A stretch of DNA of 6,913 nucleotides from Octopus sinensis (Eukaryota). The stretch spans positions 1 through 6,913 of the forward strand of contig NW_021829222.1 in assembly GCF_006345805.1 (NCBI RefSeq), written 5' to 3'. The translations under genes were made by a program, and so were the position numbers. Below, piece after piece: positions 6,257-6,913 of the stretch (its first letter is position 1; the number at the start of each line of letters is the position of its first letter). The notes below the pieces were generated by a model that saw only the letters and a program-made list of their open reading frames with translations, was not told the DNA's origin and did no database searches.

Positions 6257-6336
6257 GTGACAATGTATATGTTCTCGCTTTGTGATTCTCTCTTACACAA
6301 AAACACAGATCCATACCCCCATATTTATGTATGGAG

Positions 6337-6770
6337 TCTCCCTCCCTCCCCCCCTCTGTCATTTACTCTGTTACTTACCTTTCTCTCCTCCTACTTTCTC
6401 TCCTTTCTCGACCCCCCCTTCTCTCACTCCTCACCTCACTCTCACTCCGCATTTTATTTCCCCCTTTCACCGTTTATGTCTGTCGGTCTCCAGATTTGAT
6501 CTCATTGTTTATTTTCACTAGATTTTGAACAACCTCCGTCTCTGTTTTAACTCTCTCTCCCTCTTTCACCCTCTCTCTCTCTCACACATCCTTTCTCTAT
6601 TTCTCTCGCCTATCTTTCTCTCTCTCCGTCTCTCTATCACTTTTCAAACCCTACCTTCCTCTCTCTCCCCTTCACTGTATTTTATATCTCACACTTCTAC
6701 TTCACATCGTTATAATGTCTGTTACATTTTCTCATGTTCCTGTCTTTCATTCTCTCTTTTTCTGTGTGTA
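6337..6770 (+). repeat. Long C/T-rich (polypyrimidine) low-complexity tract
   Basis: Strong strand asymmetry, mostly C and T with degenerate (CT)n, for example ctctctctctctc near 6571-6583. Confidence 0.85.
6340..6354 (-). other. G-quadruplex-forming motif GGG-G-GGG-A-GGG-A-GGG
   Basis: Plus strand CCCTCCCTCCCCCCC gives four G3 tracts with 1-nt loops on the minus strand. Confidence 0.6.
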
Positions 6771-6828
6771 TATTATATAAGTACGTGTGCGTGTGTTTGT
6801 ATAATATACATATACATATACATATCTA

Positions 6829-6887
<59 letters not shown>

Positions 6888-6908
6888 ATATATATATATA
6901 TATATATA
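6829..6908. repeat. (TATC)14 followed by (TA)12
   Basis: (TATC)n 6829-6884 and (TA)n 6885-6908. Confidence 0.96.
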
Positions 6909-6913
6909 ATATA

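Noticed and set aside
313-6528. All ORFs in the supplied six-frame track as protein-coding genes
   Set aside because: They are 60-106 aa, dominated by YI/HT/CV/LS/TYLP repeats from microsatellites, or they lie within SINEs, the Helitron-like element or the C/T tract. No recognisable domain is present.

Overview
AT-rich, microsatellite-dense, non-coding metazoan DNA (intergenic or intronic). The repeat families match my recollection of Octopus repeats, so the organism call is inference, not a database result. No protein-coding gene is supported: the supplied ORFs are read-throughs of simple repeats, SINEs or low-complexity DNA. The window is a mosaic of small mobile elements. These are: four copies of a ~400-450 bp tRNA-derived SINE with an internal microsatellite (772-1226 minus, 1250-1408 minus 5'-truncated, 2396-2790 plus, 4598-5011 plus); one ~200 bp SINE of a second family (3834-4033 minus); a ~390 bp non-autonomous Helitron-like element (2998-3389); a ~185 bp Penelope-like terminal fragment carrying a minimal hammerhead ribozyme motif with a non-canonical core (2289-2327 minus); and a ~240 bp highly self-complementary element with a degenerate hammerhead-like core (5773-6010). 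The best leads are the variant hammerhead, the structured 5.8-6.0 kb element, and a two-hairpin module shared by the two SINE families.
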